Source: Burkholderiales bacterium | Lineage (GTDB): Bacteria > Pseudomonadota > Gammaproteobacteria > Burkholderiales > SG8-39 | Assembly: GCA_035489775.1 (NCBI GenBank) | Contig: DATHJM010000430.1 | Coordinates: forward strand, 1 to 32,484 | Length of the DNA: 32,484 nucleotides | Direction: 5' to 3' | Shown here: positions 1 through 10,740 of the stretch, piece by piece | Layout of the letters: each line of letters opens with the position of its first letter | Numbering within the stretch: position 1 is the stretch's first letter | Position numbers and translations under genes: made by a program | The notes under the pieces: model-generated | The model's database searches: none | The model's input: only the letters and a program-made list of their open reading frames with translations | Told to the model about the DNA's origin: nothing

Positions 1-2277
1 GTCGGCATGGGGAAGCTGGGCGGCGGCGAGCTCAACGTATCCTCCGACGTCGATCTGGTTTTCCTCTACCCGGAAGATGGGCAATCCGACGACGGTCGGG
101 AAGGCAATCTCGAGTTCTACACGCAACTGGGGCGCCGCCTCATAGCCGCGCTGGACGAAAGGACCGAGGACGGCTTCGTTTTCCGGGTCGACATGCGCCT
201 GCGCCCCTGGGGCGACTCCGGCGCTCTCGCCACGAGTTTCGATGCGCTCGAGGAATATTTCGTCGCGCATGGCAGGGAGTGGGAGCGCTACGCGTGGATC
301 AAGGCGCGCGCGCTCGGGTCCGGGGGCGGGAACGGCGCGCTCGCCGCGATCGTGCGCCCGTTCGTCTACCGCAAATACCTCGATTACGGCGCGTTCGCCG
401 CGATGCGCGAGCTGCACGCGCAGATCCGCGAAGAAGTGGCGCGCAGGGAGCTGACCGACCAGATCAAGCTCGGGCCGGGAGGCATCCGCGAGATCGAGTT
501 CATCGCGCAGGCGTTCCAGCTGGTCCGCGGCGGGCGCGACCCGGCGCTGCAAATCCGCCCGACGCTGAAAGTGCTCGCGCTGCTCGCGCAAAGGAAACTC
601 CTCCCCGTTGCCGGGTTCGAGGAGCTTTCCGGGGCCTACGTGTTCCTGCGGCGACTGGAGCACCGCTTGCAGTACCTGGACGATGCGCAGACTCACGAGC
701 TGCCCGGAGGGACGGAGGACCGCTCGCTCGTCGCGCGGGCGATGGATTTCGATTCCTGGGATGCGTTCCGCGCGGCGCTCGATGCGCACCGCGCCCGCGT
801 GTCCTGGCATTTCGAGCAGGTGTTTTCGGTCGAGGAGGTCCCGAAGCACGCGCTCGCACCGCTGTGGGCCGGGCCGGAGCAGACCGAAGCGCGTCTGGCG
901 CAGCTCGGCTTTCGCGACGCCGCGGGAACAGCGGCGCGGCTTGCGGCGGTGCGCTCGGGTGCGCGCTACGCCGGCCTGCCGCAGGCGAGCCGGGCCCGCT
1001 TCGACGCCCTGATTCCAAGAATCATCGAAGAATCCGCCGCGCAGGAAGACCCCGACGCGGCCCTCGTGCGCACCCTGGAGTTCATGGAGACGGTCAGCCG
1101 TCGCGCCGCGTATCTCGCCTTGCTCGACGAGCACCCCGCGGCGCTCGCGCGGCTCGCGCAATTGCTCGGAGCTTCGAGCTGGGCGGCGGAATACCTCAAC
1201 CGGCATCCGATCGTGCTCGACGAGCTGCTCGACGCGCGCACCCTGTTCGCGCGGCCGGACTGGAACGCCTTCGCCCGGGACCTCAGGCGCCAGCTCGCGG
1301 CCCGGCAGGGCGACGAGGAACGGCAGATGGACTGCTTGCGCGAGGAGCATCACGCGCAGGTCTTCCGTCTGCTCGCGCAGGACCTTTCGGGCGTGCTCGG
1401 CGTCGAGCGGCTGGCCGACGATCTTTCCGATCTCGCCGATATCGTGTTGCAGGTGACGCTCGAGCTGTGCTGGACGCAGCTGCGCACGCGCCATCGGGAC
1501 GAGCCGCGGTTTGCGATCGTCGGCTATGGCAAGCTCGGCGGCAAGGAGCTGGGCTACGCCTCCGATCTCGATCTCATCTTCCTTTACGACGATCCCGACG
1601 AGCGGGCCCCGGAAATCTACGCGCGCCTTGCGCAGCGCCTGAGCCGCTGGCTCACCAGCCGCACCGCGGCGGGGGTGCTCTTCGACATCGACCTGCGTCT
1701 TCGCCCGGAGGGCGGGAGCGGGCTCCTGGTGAGCTCGATCGACGCTTTCCGCCGCTATCAACGCGAATCGGCCTGGACCTGGGAGCACCAGGCGCTTACG
1801 CGGGCGCGATTCTGCGCAGGAGAGGCGACGGTCGGGGCGGCGTTCGAGGAGGAGCGGCGCGCGATTCTGCAGATCGAGCGCGACGAGGCGAAACTGCGCG
1901 ACGATGTGCTGTCGATGCGGGAGCAGCTCCTCCAGGGCCACCCGAACGACAGCGGCCTGTTCGACTTGAAGCACGACCGCGGCGGCATGATCGACATCGA
2001 ATTCATCGTGCAGATGCTGGTTCTCGCTCATGCGCACCGCCGTCCCGGGCTCGCCGCCAACGACGGCAACATCGCCCTGCTGAAGCTGGCGGCGAAGCTC
2101 GGGTTGATTCCCGGCGATTCCGCCGGCGCGGTGGCCGACGCCTACCGCGAATTCCGCCGCCGCCAGCACCGCCTGCGCCTGAACGGCGCGAAATACGCGC
2201 GCGTTCCCGCGGGAGAAGTGCAAAACCACATCGACGCGACGCGCGCGCTGTGGCGGAAGGTGTTTGGGACGGAGTGA
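1..2277 (+). CDS. glnE: Bifunctional glutamine synthetase adenylyltransferase/adenylyl-removing enzyme GlnE (5' end outside window)
   Basis: ORF 7..2277 stays open in frame back to base 1. It has two nucleotidyltransferase signatures, GKLGGGELNVSSDVDLVFLY and GKLGGKELGYASDLDLIFLY. Each is followed by D(M/L)RLRP..G, which is the duplicated GlnE architecture. Alternative frames are Arg/Pro/Ala-rich junk. Confidence 0.92.
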   Translation, partial: VGMGKLGGGELNVSSDVDLVFLYPEDGQSDDGREGNLEFYTQLGRRLIAALDERTEDGFVFRVDMRLRPWGDSGALATSFDALEEYFVAHGREWERYAWIKARALGSGGGNGALAAIVRPFVYRKYLDYGAFAAMRELHAQIREEVARRELTDQIKLGPGGIREIEFIAQAFQLVRGGRDPALQIRPTLKVLALLAQRKLLPVAGFEELSGAYVFLRRLEHRLQYLDDAQTHELPGGTEDRSLVARAMDFDSWDAFRAALDAHRARVSWHFEQVFSVEEVPKHALAPLWAGPEQTEARLAQLGFRDAAGTAARLAAVRSGARYAGLPQASRARFDALIPRIIEESAAQEDPDAALVRTLEFMETVSRRAAYLALLDEHPAALARLAQLLGASSWAAEYLNRHPIVLDELLDARTLFARPDWNAFARDLRRQLAARQGDEERQMDCLREEHHAQVFRLLAQDLSGVLGVERLADDLSDLADIVLQVTLELCWTQLRTRHRDEPRFAIVGYGKLGGKELGYASDLDLIFLYDDPDERAPEIYARLAQRLSRWLTSRTAAGVLFDIDLRLRPEGGSGLLVSSIDAFRRYQRESAWTWEHQALTRARFCAGEATVGAAFEEERRAILQIERDEAKLRDDVLSMREQLLQGHPNDSGLFDLKHDRGGMIDIEFIVQMLVLAHAHRRPGLAANDGNIALLKLAAKLGLIPGDSAGAVADAYREFRRRQHRLRLNGAKYARVPAGEVQNHIDATRALWRKVFGTE

Positions 2278-2291
2278 CTACTCGCCCGCCT

Positions 2292-2306
2292 TGTACCTTG
2301 GGTACA
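2292..2306. terminator. Weak hairpin between convergent glnE and pagL-like genes
   Basis: TGTACC-TTG-GGTACA gives a 6-bp stem with a 3-nt loop in the 49-bp convergent spacer. There is no U-tract. Confidence 0.2.
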
Positions 2307-2326
2307 CGTCTGCCGCATGAATGCCT

Positions 2327-2986
2327 TCAAAAAGCCGCCAGGAATTGCACGCCCACGCCTGCTGCGTTGTATTCCGGATTGTGGGGGTTGAAGCCCTGGC
2401 CGTTCGATACGTGCATTCCCCTGAAGGTCAGGGACAAGTACTGGCCGTCGTTCAATCTGTAGGAAAGGGTGGGGCCGTACCGGAACATGAACTCATAGCG
2501 CGAAGCGCCTGCCGGGAAATCCCTGTCGTAGAGAAGGACGCCTGCGCTCCCATCCAGCGAAACCGACACGTTCCCGCTGCGCCCGACTTCGGCCCGAATT
2601 GCCAGAACGGGTCCTGCACCGGTCGCGGCGCTATCGACGGTTTCGTCCTGGAGCGTGCCGTCTTCGAAAGAGCCTGTCCGCCGGGTTATGTTTCCGCGGG
2701 CCCGGGACACCGTGAGGCCCCCGTAGAACTTGAAATATGGGCTGTCGAATCTCCTTATGCGCAAGAGAAAGTCGAGATTCGCCGTGTGGATCTGGCGCCT
2801 GCGCTCGATCGGTCCAAGCTCCTGCAACTCGACGATGATTTCCCGCCCGGCCTGCGTTTCCGGCAAGACATTCGTTTTTTCCTGAGCCCGGCATGAAGCG
2901 TTCCCGGCCAACGCCGGGATCAACAGCATTGAAAGGACGGCTGCCGCGGGATCAAACCTCAAGTCGGCTTGAAGCACCAGTGCCAC
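2327..2986 (-). CDS. PagL-like lipid A deacylase / acyloxyacyl hydrolase family outer-membrane protein
   Basis: The C-terminal MHVSNGQGFNPHNPEYNAAGVGVQFLAAF matches the PagL His-x-Ser-Asn-Gly ... Glu catalytic region. The protein ends in an aromatic residue like a beta-barrel OMP. The N-terminus has a hydrophobic AAAVLSMLLIPALAG signal-like segment. The start is ambiguous: GTG at 2986 or ATG at 2929. Confidence 0.68.
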   Translation of the reverse strand: MALVLQADLRFDPAAAVLSMLLIPALAGNASCRAQEKTNVLPETQAGREIIVELQELGPIERRRQIHTANLDFLLRIRRFDSPYFKFYGGLTVSRARGNITRRTGSFEDGTLQDETVDSAATGAGPVLAIRAEVGRSGNVSVSLDGSAGVLLYDRDFPAGASRYEFMFRYGPTLSYRLNDGQYLSLTFRGMHVSNGQGFNPHNPEYNAAGVGVQFLAAF

Positions 2987-3522
2987 GGCTCATAGTCGTA
3001 ACCATGCGGATTATTCGCTGGAAATGAGAGGACGAAACCAAACCGCCCCGCGTTTTTCGACATCCACTGAAACGCCCTGGTCTTTTCGAACTCGGGCTCG
3101 AGAGGCGCGCCCTCGTCGGTCGTGACATCGATTGCCCGGCCGGAGTGGTGTTCGCTGTAACCGGGAGGAGCGCTCACGCAAAGGACTGCGTCCAGGGACA
3201 AGCCTTCGGCCAGCTTGGCGCGGATTATTTCGATTTGACGATCGACACTTCGGAAAGCCGAACCGATCTTGAGGACTACGCCGTCGGAAAGCGCCGCGGC
3301 GCTCATCTCCCGCCACTTCGCAGCCGCCGCGGGCGCAAGCATGTGTTTTCTGCCGTCGTCCCCTACGGCTGCGACGATCAGCTCCTGCGCCTCGGGATGC
3401 AATATCAAAGACCGTGCCGCGATCAGATCCGGCGATATCTCCAGGGAAGCCAAGACCGACGTGATTTTCTCGGGGCATTCGATCGGTGCCGGCATCCGCG
3501 GGTGTGAGCGCGTTTTCCTCAT
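2959..3522 (-). CDS. VanY-type D-alanyl-D-alanine carboxypeptidase / peptidase M15 family, no signal peptide
   Basis: Zn-peptidase motifs are present: SEHHSGRAID (S-x-H-x-x-G-x-A-x-D) and EPWHW (E-x-x-H). The start ATG overlaps the GNAT stop (ATGA at 3519-3522). There is no hydrophobic N-terminal segment. Confidence 0.8.
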   Translation of the reverse strand: MRKTRSHPRMPAPIECPEKITSVLASLEISPDLIAARSLILHPEAQELIVAAVGDDGRKHMLAPAAAAKWREMSAAALSDGVVLKIGSAFRSVDRQIEIIRAKLAEGLSLDAVLCVSAPPGYSEHHSGRAIDVTTDEGAPLEPEFEKTRAFQWMSKNAGRFGFVLSFPANNPHGYDYEPWHWCFKPT

Positions 3523-4049
3523 AGGGGCCGAATCTCGCGCACCATCAGCAATTCGCCTGGCTCGACTCGATGCTTCGCGTGCTGCTCAGGCGATGCCGGC
3601 GAGAAACCCAGGCGCTCGAGCAGGCGCATCGAGCGAAAATTCTCGCGCTTGAGCACGGAGGAGAAGCTGTGTATCCGGTAGTGCTCGACAAGCTCGGAGA
3701 TGACCGCTTGGACGGCTTGGCGCGCGAGGCCGCGGCCCCAGTAAGCGCTGGACAGCTCGTAGGCGATCGCCGCGCGCTCGTTGGGATGAACCGTCGCCTG
3801 AACGTAACCGATGAGCTCGGAAGTCGGGAGACGGATGACCCAGTTGAGCCATTGCTCCAGGCCGTTCGCCGACAGCCTCGATTCGAGCTTCGCGAACCGC
3901 GCGCTCAACCATTCGAGAGACGGCGGCGGTTGGTTCTCGTACTCGTAGATCGCCGGGTCGCTGAGGACGACGAACATCTCTTCCGCATGCGCCGCCGTTT
4001 GTGGTTCGAGCGTGAGACTGCCGGTCTCGATGACGCGCACGCGGTCCAA
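3519..4049 (-). CDS. GNAT family N-acetyltransferase (RimJ/RimL-like)
   Basis: The length is about 176 aa. The acetyl-CoA motif A-like YWGRGLARQAV is present, and the C-terminal MRLLERLGF is typical of RimJ-like GNATs. Confidence 0.8.
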   Translation of the reverse strand: MDRVRVIETGSLTLEPQTAAHAEEMFVVLSDPAIYEYENQPPPSLEWLSARFAKLESRLSANGLEQWLNWVIRLPTSELIGYVQATVHPNERAAIAYELSSAYWGRGLARQAVQAVISELVEHYRIHSFSSVLKRENFRSMRLLERLGFSPASPEQHAKHRVEPGELLMVREIRPL

Positions 4050-4058
4050 CGCTCCGAT

Positions 4059-4493
4059 TCAGCGCTTCGACGGCGGAGTATTCTTGATTGGGGCGCGAGG
4101 CTCAATAGATGGAGTCATCGATCCGGACGGAGAACGGAACGGCTCGAAAAGGAAAGCGCGAGTTCCAAGCGCCAGCGCCGCAAACGCGGCGATTATTCCA
4201 ACCAAGCCATACCAACGGCTGTACCAGGGGCGCCTGAGCACCCTGGAGTCCTGGGCGAGACGATACGCGTGGATCGCGCTGATTATCGCAGCGAGCAGCG
4301 CGATGGCGCCGCCAGCCAACTCCATGCCCCGAGGCGCAAACATGTTGCCCAGTACGACGATCAGCGCAAGCGCAAAATATGCTGCGGCCCAGCCAGGCCG
4401 GGCGACGTACAGCATTCCCGCGGGCGGGATGAACAGCCCCAGCACGGCCGCGACCCACTTCTTCGGTTTGCGGTATATGGAGGTGGATTCCAT
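4059..4493 (-). CDS. Signal peptidase I (S26) N-terminal fragment, truncated just after the catalytic Ser box; probable gene remnant
   Basis: There are three or four hydrophobic segments, then FLFEPFRSPSGSMTPSI, which matches S26 box B (SGSMxPTL). The ORF stops 13 codons later. No Lys box or GDNRxxSxDSR box is present, and the GNAT gene begins 9 bp downstream. Confidence 0.55.
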   Translation of the reverse strand: MESTSIYRKPKKWVAAVLGLFIPPAGMLYVARPGWAAAYFALALIVVLGNMFAPRGMELAGGAIALLAAIISAIHAYRLAQDSRVLRRPWYSRWYGLVGIIAAFAALALGTRAFLFEPFRSPSGSMTPSIEPRAPIKNTPPSKR

Positions 4494-4610
4494 CGATGCC
4501 TGATCAGCAGTAAGCGTTATACAGAATTATATGCCGGTATGTGACTCGGCGAACTGGACTTCCGCATTCGCGGGAACGACGAGGTAGCTCACGGCAGAAG
4601 CACAAGCTCA

Positions 4611-4943
4611 TCACTTCATCGACGGCGTCGCAGATGGAGCGGGCGTTGCCTCCATGATGGAAAGAGCTTCGCGTTTTGAAAACCCTTGTTTCAGAAGCGC
4701 GTCATAGAGATTCTTCTTGAACACCGCAATACGCCGGGCGGTTTCCGGATTTTCAGCGGCTTTCAATTGCGCTTCGATCATGGCTTCGGTCATCTTCGAC
4801 ATCGCAGGCGCCATTGCACCCATGGACATTTCCATCATCTTCTGCATCTCTTCGGCAGAGGGCCGGTTCGGTCGCGCGGGTTCCTGGGCGAATACGGTGA
4901 GGGAAAAAATAAAGATGACGATTGCGAAAAGAGCGCTTTTCAT
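4611..4943 (-). CDS. Small secreted methionine-cluster protein (hypothetical)
   Basis: GGAGGA lies 5 nt upstream of the ATG at 4943, whereas the ORF-track start at 4988 lacks an SD. The signal peptide is MKSALFAIVIFIFSLTVFA|QEP. The mature part contains EEMQKMMEMSMGAMAPAMSKMTEAM. The gene is visibly lower in GC than its neighbours. Confidence 0.7.
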   Translation of the reverse strand: MKSALFAIVIFIFSLTVFAQEPARPNRPSAEEMQKMMEMSMGAMAPAMSKMTEAMIEAQLKAAENPETARRIAVFKKNLYDALLKQGFSKREALSIMEATPAPSATPSMK

Positions 4944-5052
4944 TGTTTCCTCCGAGAGCAGTGTGATGTGAAGTCTCAGCCTTTTCATGCACGAAGATTA
5001 CTGCGATTCCGGACGATCGCGCGCTTCATCGGGCTGAGGCCTTAGGCAAGAG

Positions 5053-5535
5053 CTAATTGCCGCGCCGCTTGCGGCGGGTCCCCTTGAGCGGGGGGTTGGG
5101 CGCCAGCGTCCAATGGCCCAGGGCGGTCAGAGCCTCTTCTTCGCCGATGCGTTTGGCTTGTTCCTTGACTTCAGCTGGAACCCACTTGGGGAACGGAACC
5201 TCCCGGCTCACGTGGTGACCAGACGGGGTGTGCTCTTCTCGAACCTTCGCAATCCGAGTCGCCGAGAATCGGTCGGCTACCCGGACCAACGCCGGCCAAA
5301 GACGGCGATGGACAAAGGTAAGCTTTCCGTCGACGAGACGACATACGAGGATATCTTCCGAATCCGTCACTGCCTGAAGAATCGCAAAGATTTGATGACT
5401 TTTCGGGTGAGCCCACCAGCTCCCTTTGATGGGCTCGCCGACGATCGCCTCGGTGAGGCTGGGAACGGCGCCTTTGGCCGATGCCAGGACTACCCCATGC
5501 TGTCGGACAAAGGCGATTGTCTCCGCAGCGGTCAT
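5053..5535 (-). CDS. Conserved-looking hypothetical protein, 160 aa, basic C-terminal tail
   Basis: The amino-acid composition is clean and coding-like. The start lies 3 nt after the holA stop (TGAcgcATG). I recognise no diagnostic motif. The C-terminus is KGTRRKRRGN. Confidence 0.6.
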   Translation of the reverse strand: MTAAETIAFVRQHGVVLASAKGAVPSLTEAIVGEPIKGSWWAHPKSHQIFAILQAVTDSEDILVCRLVDGKLTFVHRRLWPALVRVADRFSATRIAKVREEHTPSGHHVSREVPFPKWVPAEVKEQAKRIGEEEALTALGHWTLAPNPPLKGTRRKRRGN

Positions 5536-5538
5536 GCG

Positions 5539-6546
5539 TCATCCCGCGAATCGCAACCCGAGCTGCAGCAGCTCATCCCACGCGTCGCCTTTGACCACGC
5601 CTTTGACGACGCGATCGACTTTGGCAGCGTGCTCGAGCGCCGCCAGGAGCATCGCTCGCGGGAGATTCTTCGCGGCGCGCCCCACGAGGGACTGCCGCGC
5701 ATCGCCCCACACGCGCGCTTCGCGCAGGATCTCGAAAAGCGGCCTGCCTGCGGCGATTCCGTTTTGCACGCGCACGATGGCGCGGATTTCCTCGGCGAGG
5801 ATCCACAGCACGCGCGGAGGCGCCTCGCCTTCGCCGCGCAGGCCTTCGAGCATGCGCGCAAGCCGCGCGCGCTCGCCCGAGAGCATCGCTTCGGTGAGCT
5901 TGAGTGCATCGTAGCGCGCCACGTTCATCACCGCCTCGCGCACCGCTTCGAAGGCGAGCTCTCCGGCCGGAAGGAGGAGCGCGAGTTTCTGGATTTCCTG
6001 GTGGGCGGCAAGGAGATTGCCTTCCACGCAGTCGGTAAGGAACTGCAGCGTTTCGGGAGTTGCGCGCTGCTTCTGCCGCGCGAGCCGCGCCGCGATCCAT
6101 TCGGGAAGCCGCGCGCGCTCGACCGGATAGACGTTGACGACGATTCCCTGGCGCTCGAGCGCCCTGAACCAGGGAGACGCCTGGCCGGCCTTGTCCACGC
6201 GCGGCAGGGTTACGACGGTGAGCGCGTCGGGCGGGAGGTTTCCGCAAAACGCTTCGATCGCCCCGGCGCCGTCGGCTCCGGGCTTGCCCGAGGCAAGGCG
6301 CAGCTCGATCAGCTTCTTGTCGCCGAAGAGCGAGAGGCTCGCGCCGCTCGCTCCGAGCTCGCCCCAGTGGAAGCCGCGCTCCGCCGCGAGAACGACGCGT
6401 TCTGAAAATCCGCCCGCGCGCGCGCGCGCGCGGATCGCATCGGCGGCCTCGAGGGCCAGCAGCGGCTCGTCGCCGTGGATCACGTAAAGCGGCCGCAGCT
6501 CGCGCGAAAGATGCGCATCCAGCTGCTCGAGCCTGAGAGCGGCCAT
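5539..6546 (-). CDS. holA: DNA polymerase III subunit delta
   Basis: The N-terminus LRLEQLDAHLSRELRPLYVIHGDEPLL is typical of HolA. The length is 335 aa. It holds the canonical position after lptE in the leuS-lptE-holA order. Confidence 0.9.
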   Translation of the reverse strand: MAALRLEQLDAHLSRELRPLYVIHGDEPLLALEAADAIRARARAGGFSERVVLAAERGFHWGELGASGASLSLFGDKKLIELRLASGKPGADGAGAIEAFCGNLPPDALTVVTLPRVDKAGQASPWFRALERQGIVVNVYPVERARLPEWIAARLARQKQRATPETLQFLTDCVEGNLLAAHQEIQKLALLLPAGELAFEAVREAVMNVARYDALKLTEAMLSGERARLARMLEGLRGEGEAPPRVLWILAEEIRAIVRVQNGIAAGRPLFEILREARVWGDARQSLVGRAAKNLPRAMLLAALEHAAKVDRVVKGVVKGDAWDELLQLGLRFAG

Positions 6547-6548
6547 GC

Positions 6549-9683
<3,135 letters not shown>

Positions 9684-9760
9684 GCCGCGCGGGTCGGCCG
9701 CGCGCCCGCATCCGCCTTGCGTTCACATCAACGCGCATCGCAAACCGATTGGAGTCAATC

Positions 9761-10678
9761 ATGGTGAGGCAATGTTCGATAGTCGCGGCGCTCGCCGCGC
9801 TCGCGCTGGGTGCAGCCGGCGCCGCGATGGCGCAGTCCGGGGCCAAGTCGAAGCGGGCGCAGCCCGCGCCGCTCGTGGTGGTCGAGGCGGTGCAGATGCC
9901 CGCCTGGGTCGAGCGCGGAGGCGCGAGCCATCCGCTCGTTCCGGGCATGGAGCTCAAGGACAACGACCAGGTGAAGACCGGCTCCGGCTCGCGCCTGCTT
10001 CTCAGGACCGCCGACGGCAGCGCGGTGAAACTGGGCGAGAAAGGCTCGCTCTTCCTCGGCGGGATGCAGATGCGCGAGAACAAGGTTTTCGCGGCGACGA
10101 TGAAGGTGGCCGAAGGGGCGTTCCGCTTCACCTCCGAGCTGTTCGCGCGGTTTGGCGGCCAGCGCGAGGTGAGCGTCAGCATCAAGACCGTGACCGCCGG
10201 CATACGCGGCACCGACCTGTGGGGTAAGTCCGAGTCGGACCGCGAGGTCGTCTGCCTGATCGAGGGCAGGATCGAGGTCACCCAGCCGAACGACACCCCG
10301 TTCATCATGGATCAGCGGCTGTCCTATTACGTCCACGAAGGCGGGTTGTCGCGGCCGGTCGCGACGGTGATGCCGGACCAGCTGAGAGAATGGGCGGCGG
10401 AGACCGAAATCCAGGAGGGCCGGGGCGTGTCGACGCGCGGCGGCAAATGGAAAATCACGGTCGCCTCGGGACTCGCGTCCCAGCGGGCATTCGATCTTTA
10501 CAGGGATCTTCGCAGCGCGGGATATCCGGCCGAGATCATTCCCGAAAAGCTCGGGGACAAGCGGGTATACGGCGTGCGGCTGTCCAGTTTCGCGACGAAG
10601 AAAGACGCCGAGGCCGTGGCCAAGGCGCTCAAGGGGCACGCCCGGCTCGGGGGGCACGCGTACAAGGTCGGCAGCTGA
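9761..10678 (+). CDS. Secreted FecR-domain protein with C-terminal SPOR domain
   Basis: GGAG lies 7 nt upstream of the ATG at 9761. The signal peptide is MVRQCSIVAALAALALGAAGAAMA|Q. FecR-like features are GSGSRLLLRTADGSAVKLGEKGSLFL ... AGIRGTDLW. The C-terminus is SPOR-like: WKITVASGLASQRAFDLYRDLRSAGYPAEI...YGVRLSSFATKKDAEAVAKAL. Confidence 0.72.
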   Translation: MVRQCSIVAALAALALGAAGAAMAQSGAKSKRAQPAPLVVVEAVQMPAWVERGGASHPLVPGMELKDNDQVKTGSGSRLLLRTADGSAVKLGEKGSLFLGGMQMRENKVFAATMKVAEGAFRFTSELFARFGGQREVSVSIKTVTAGIRGTDLWGKSESDREVVCLIEGRIEVTQPNDTPFIMDQRLSYYVHEGGLSRPVATVMPDQLREWAAETEIQEGRGVSTRGGKWKITVASGLASQRAFDLYRDLRSAGYPAEIIPEKLGDKRVYGVRLSSFATKKDAEAVAKALKGHARLGGHAYKVGS

Positions 10679-10740
10679 ACCCTGAACCGCCCGGCCGCGG
10701 GCGGGCGCTGAAGTAAAATGACGCCTTTCGCGCCGGCCCG

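Noticed and set aside
279-2462. 727-aa alternative + frame inside glnE (and similar shadow ORFs 500..1018-, 608..1012+)
   Set aside because: It is out of frame with the clear GlnE reading frame, and its sequence is extremely Arg/Pro/Ala-rich.
10687-10704. GC-only hairpin CCGCCCG-gccg-CGGGCGG after the FecR/SPOR gene, considered as a terminator
   Set aside because: The stem is short and has no U-tract. Such GC palindromes are frequent by chance in this composition.
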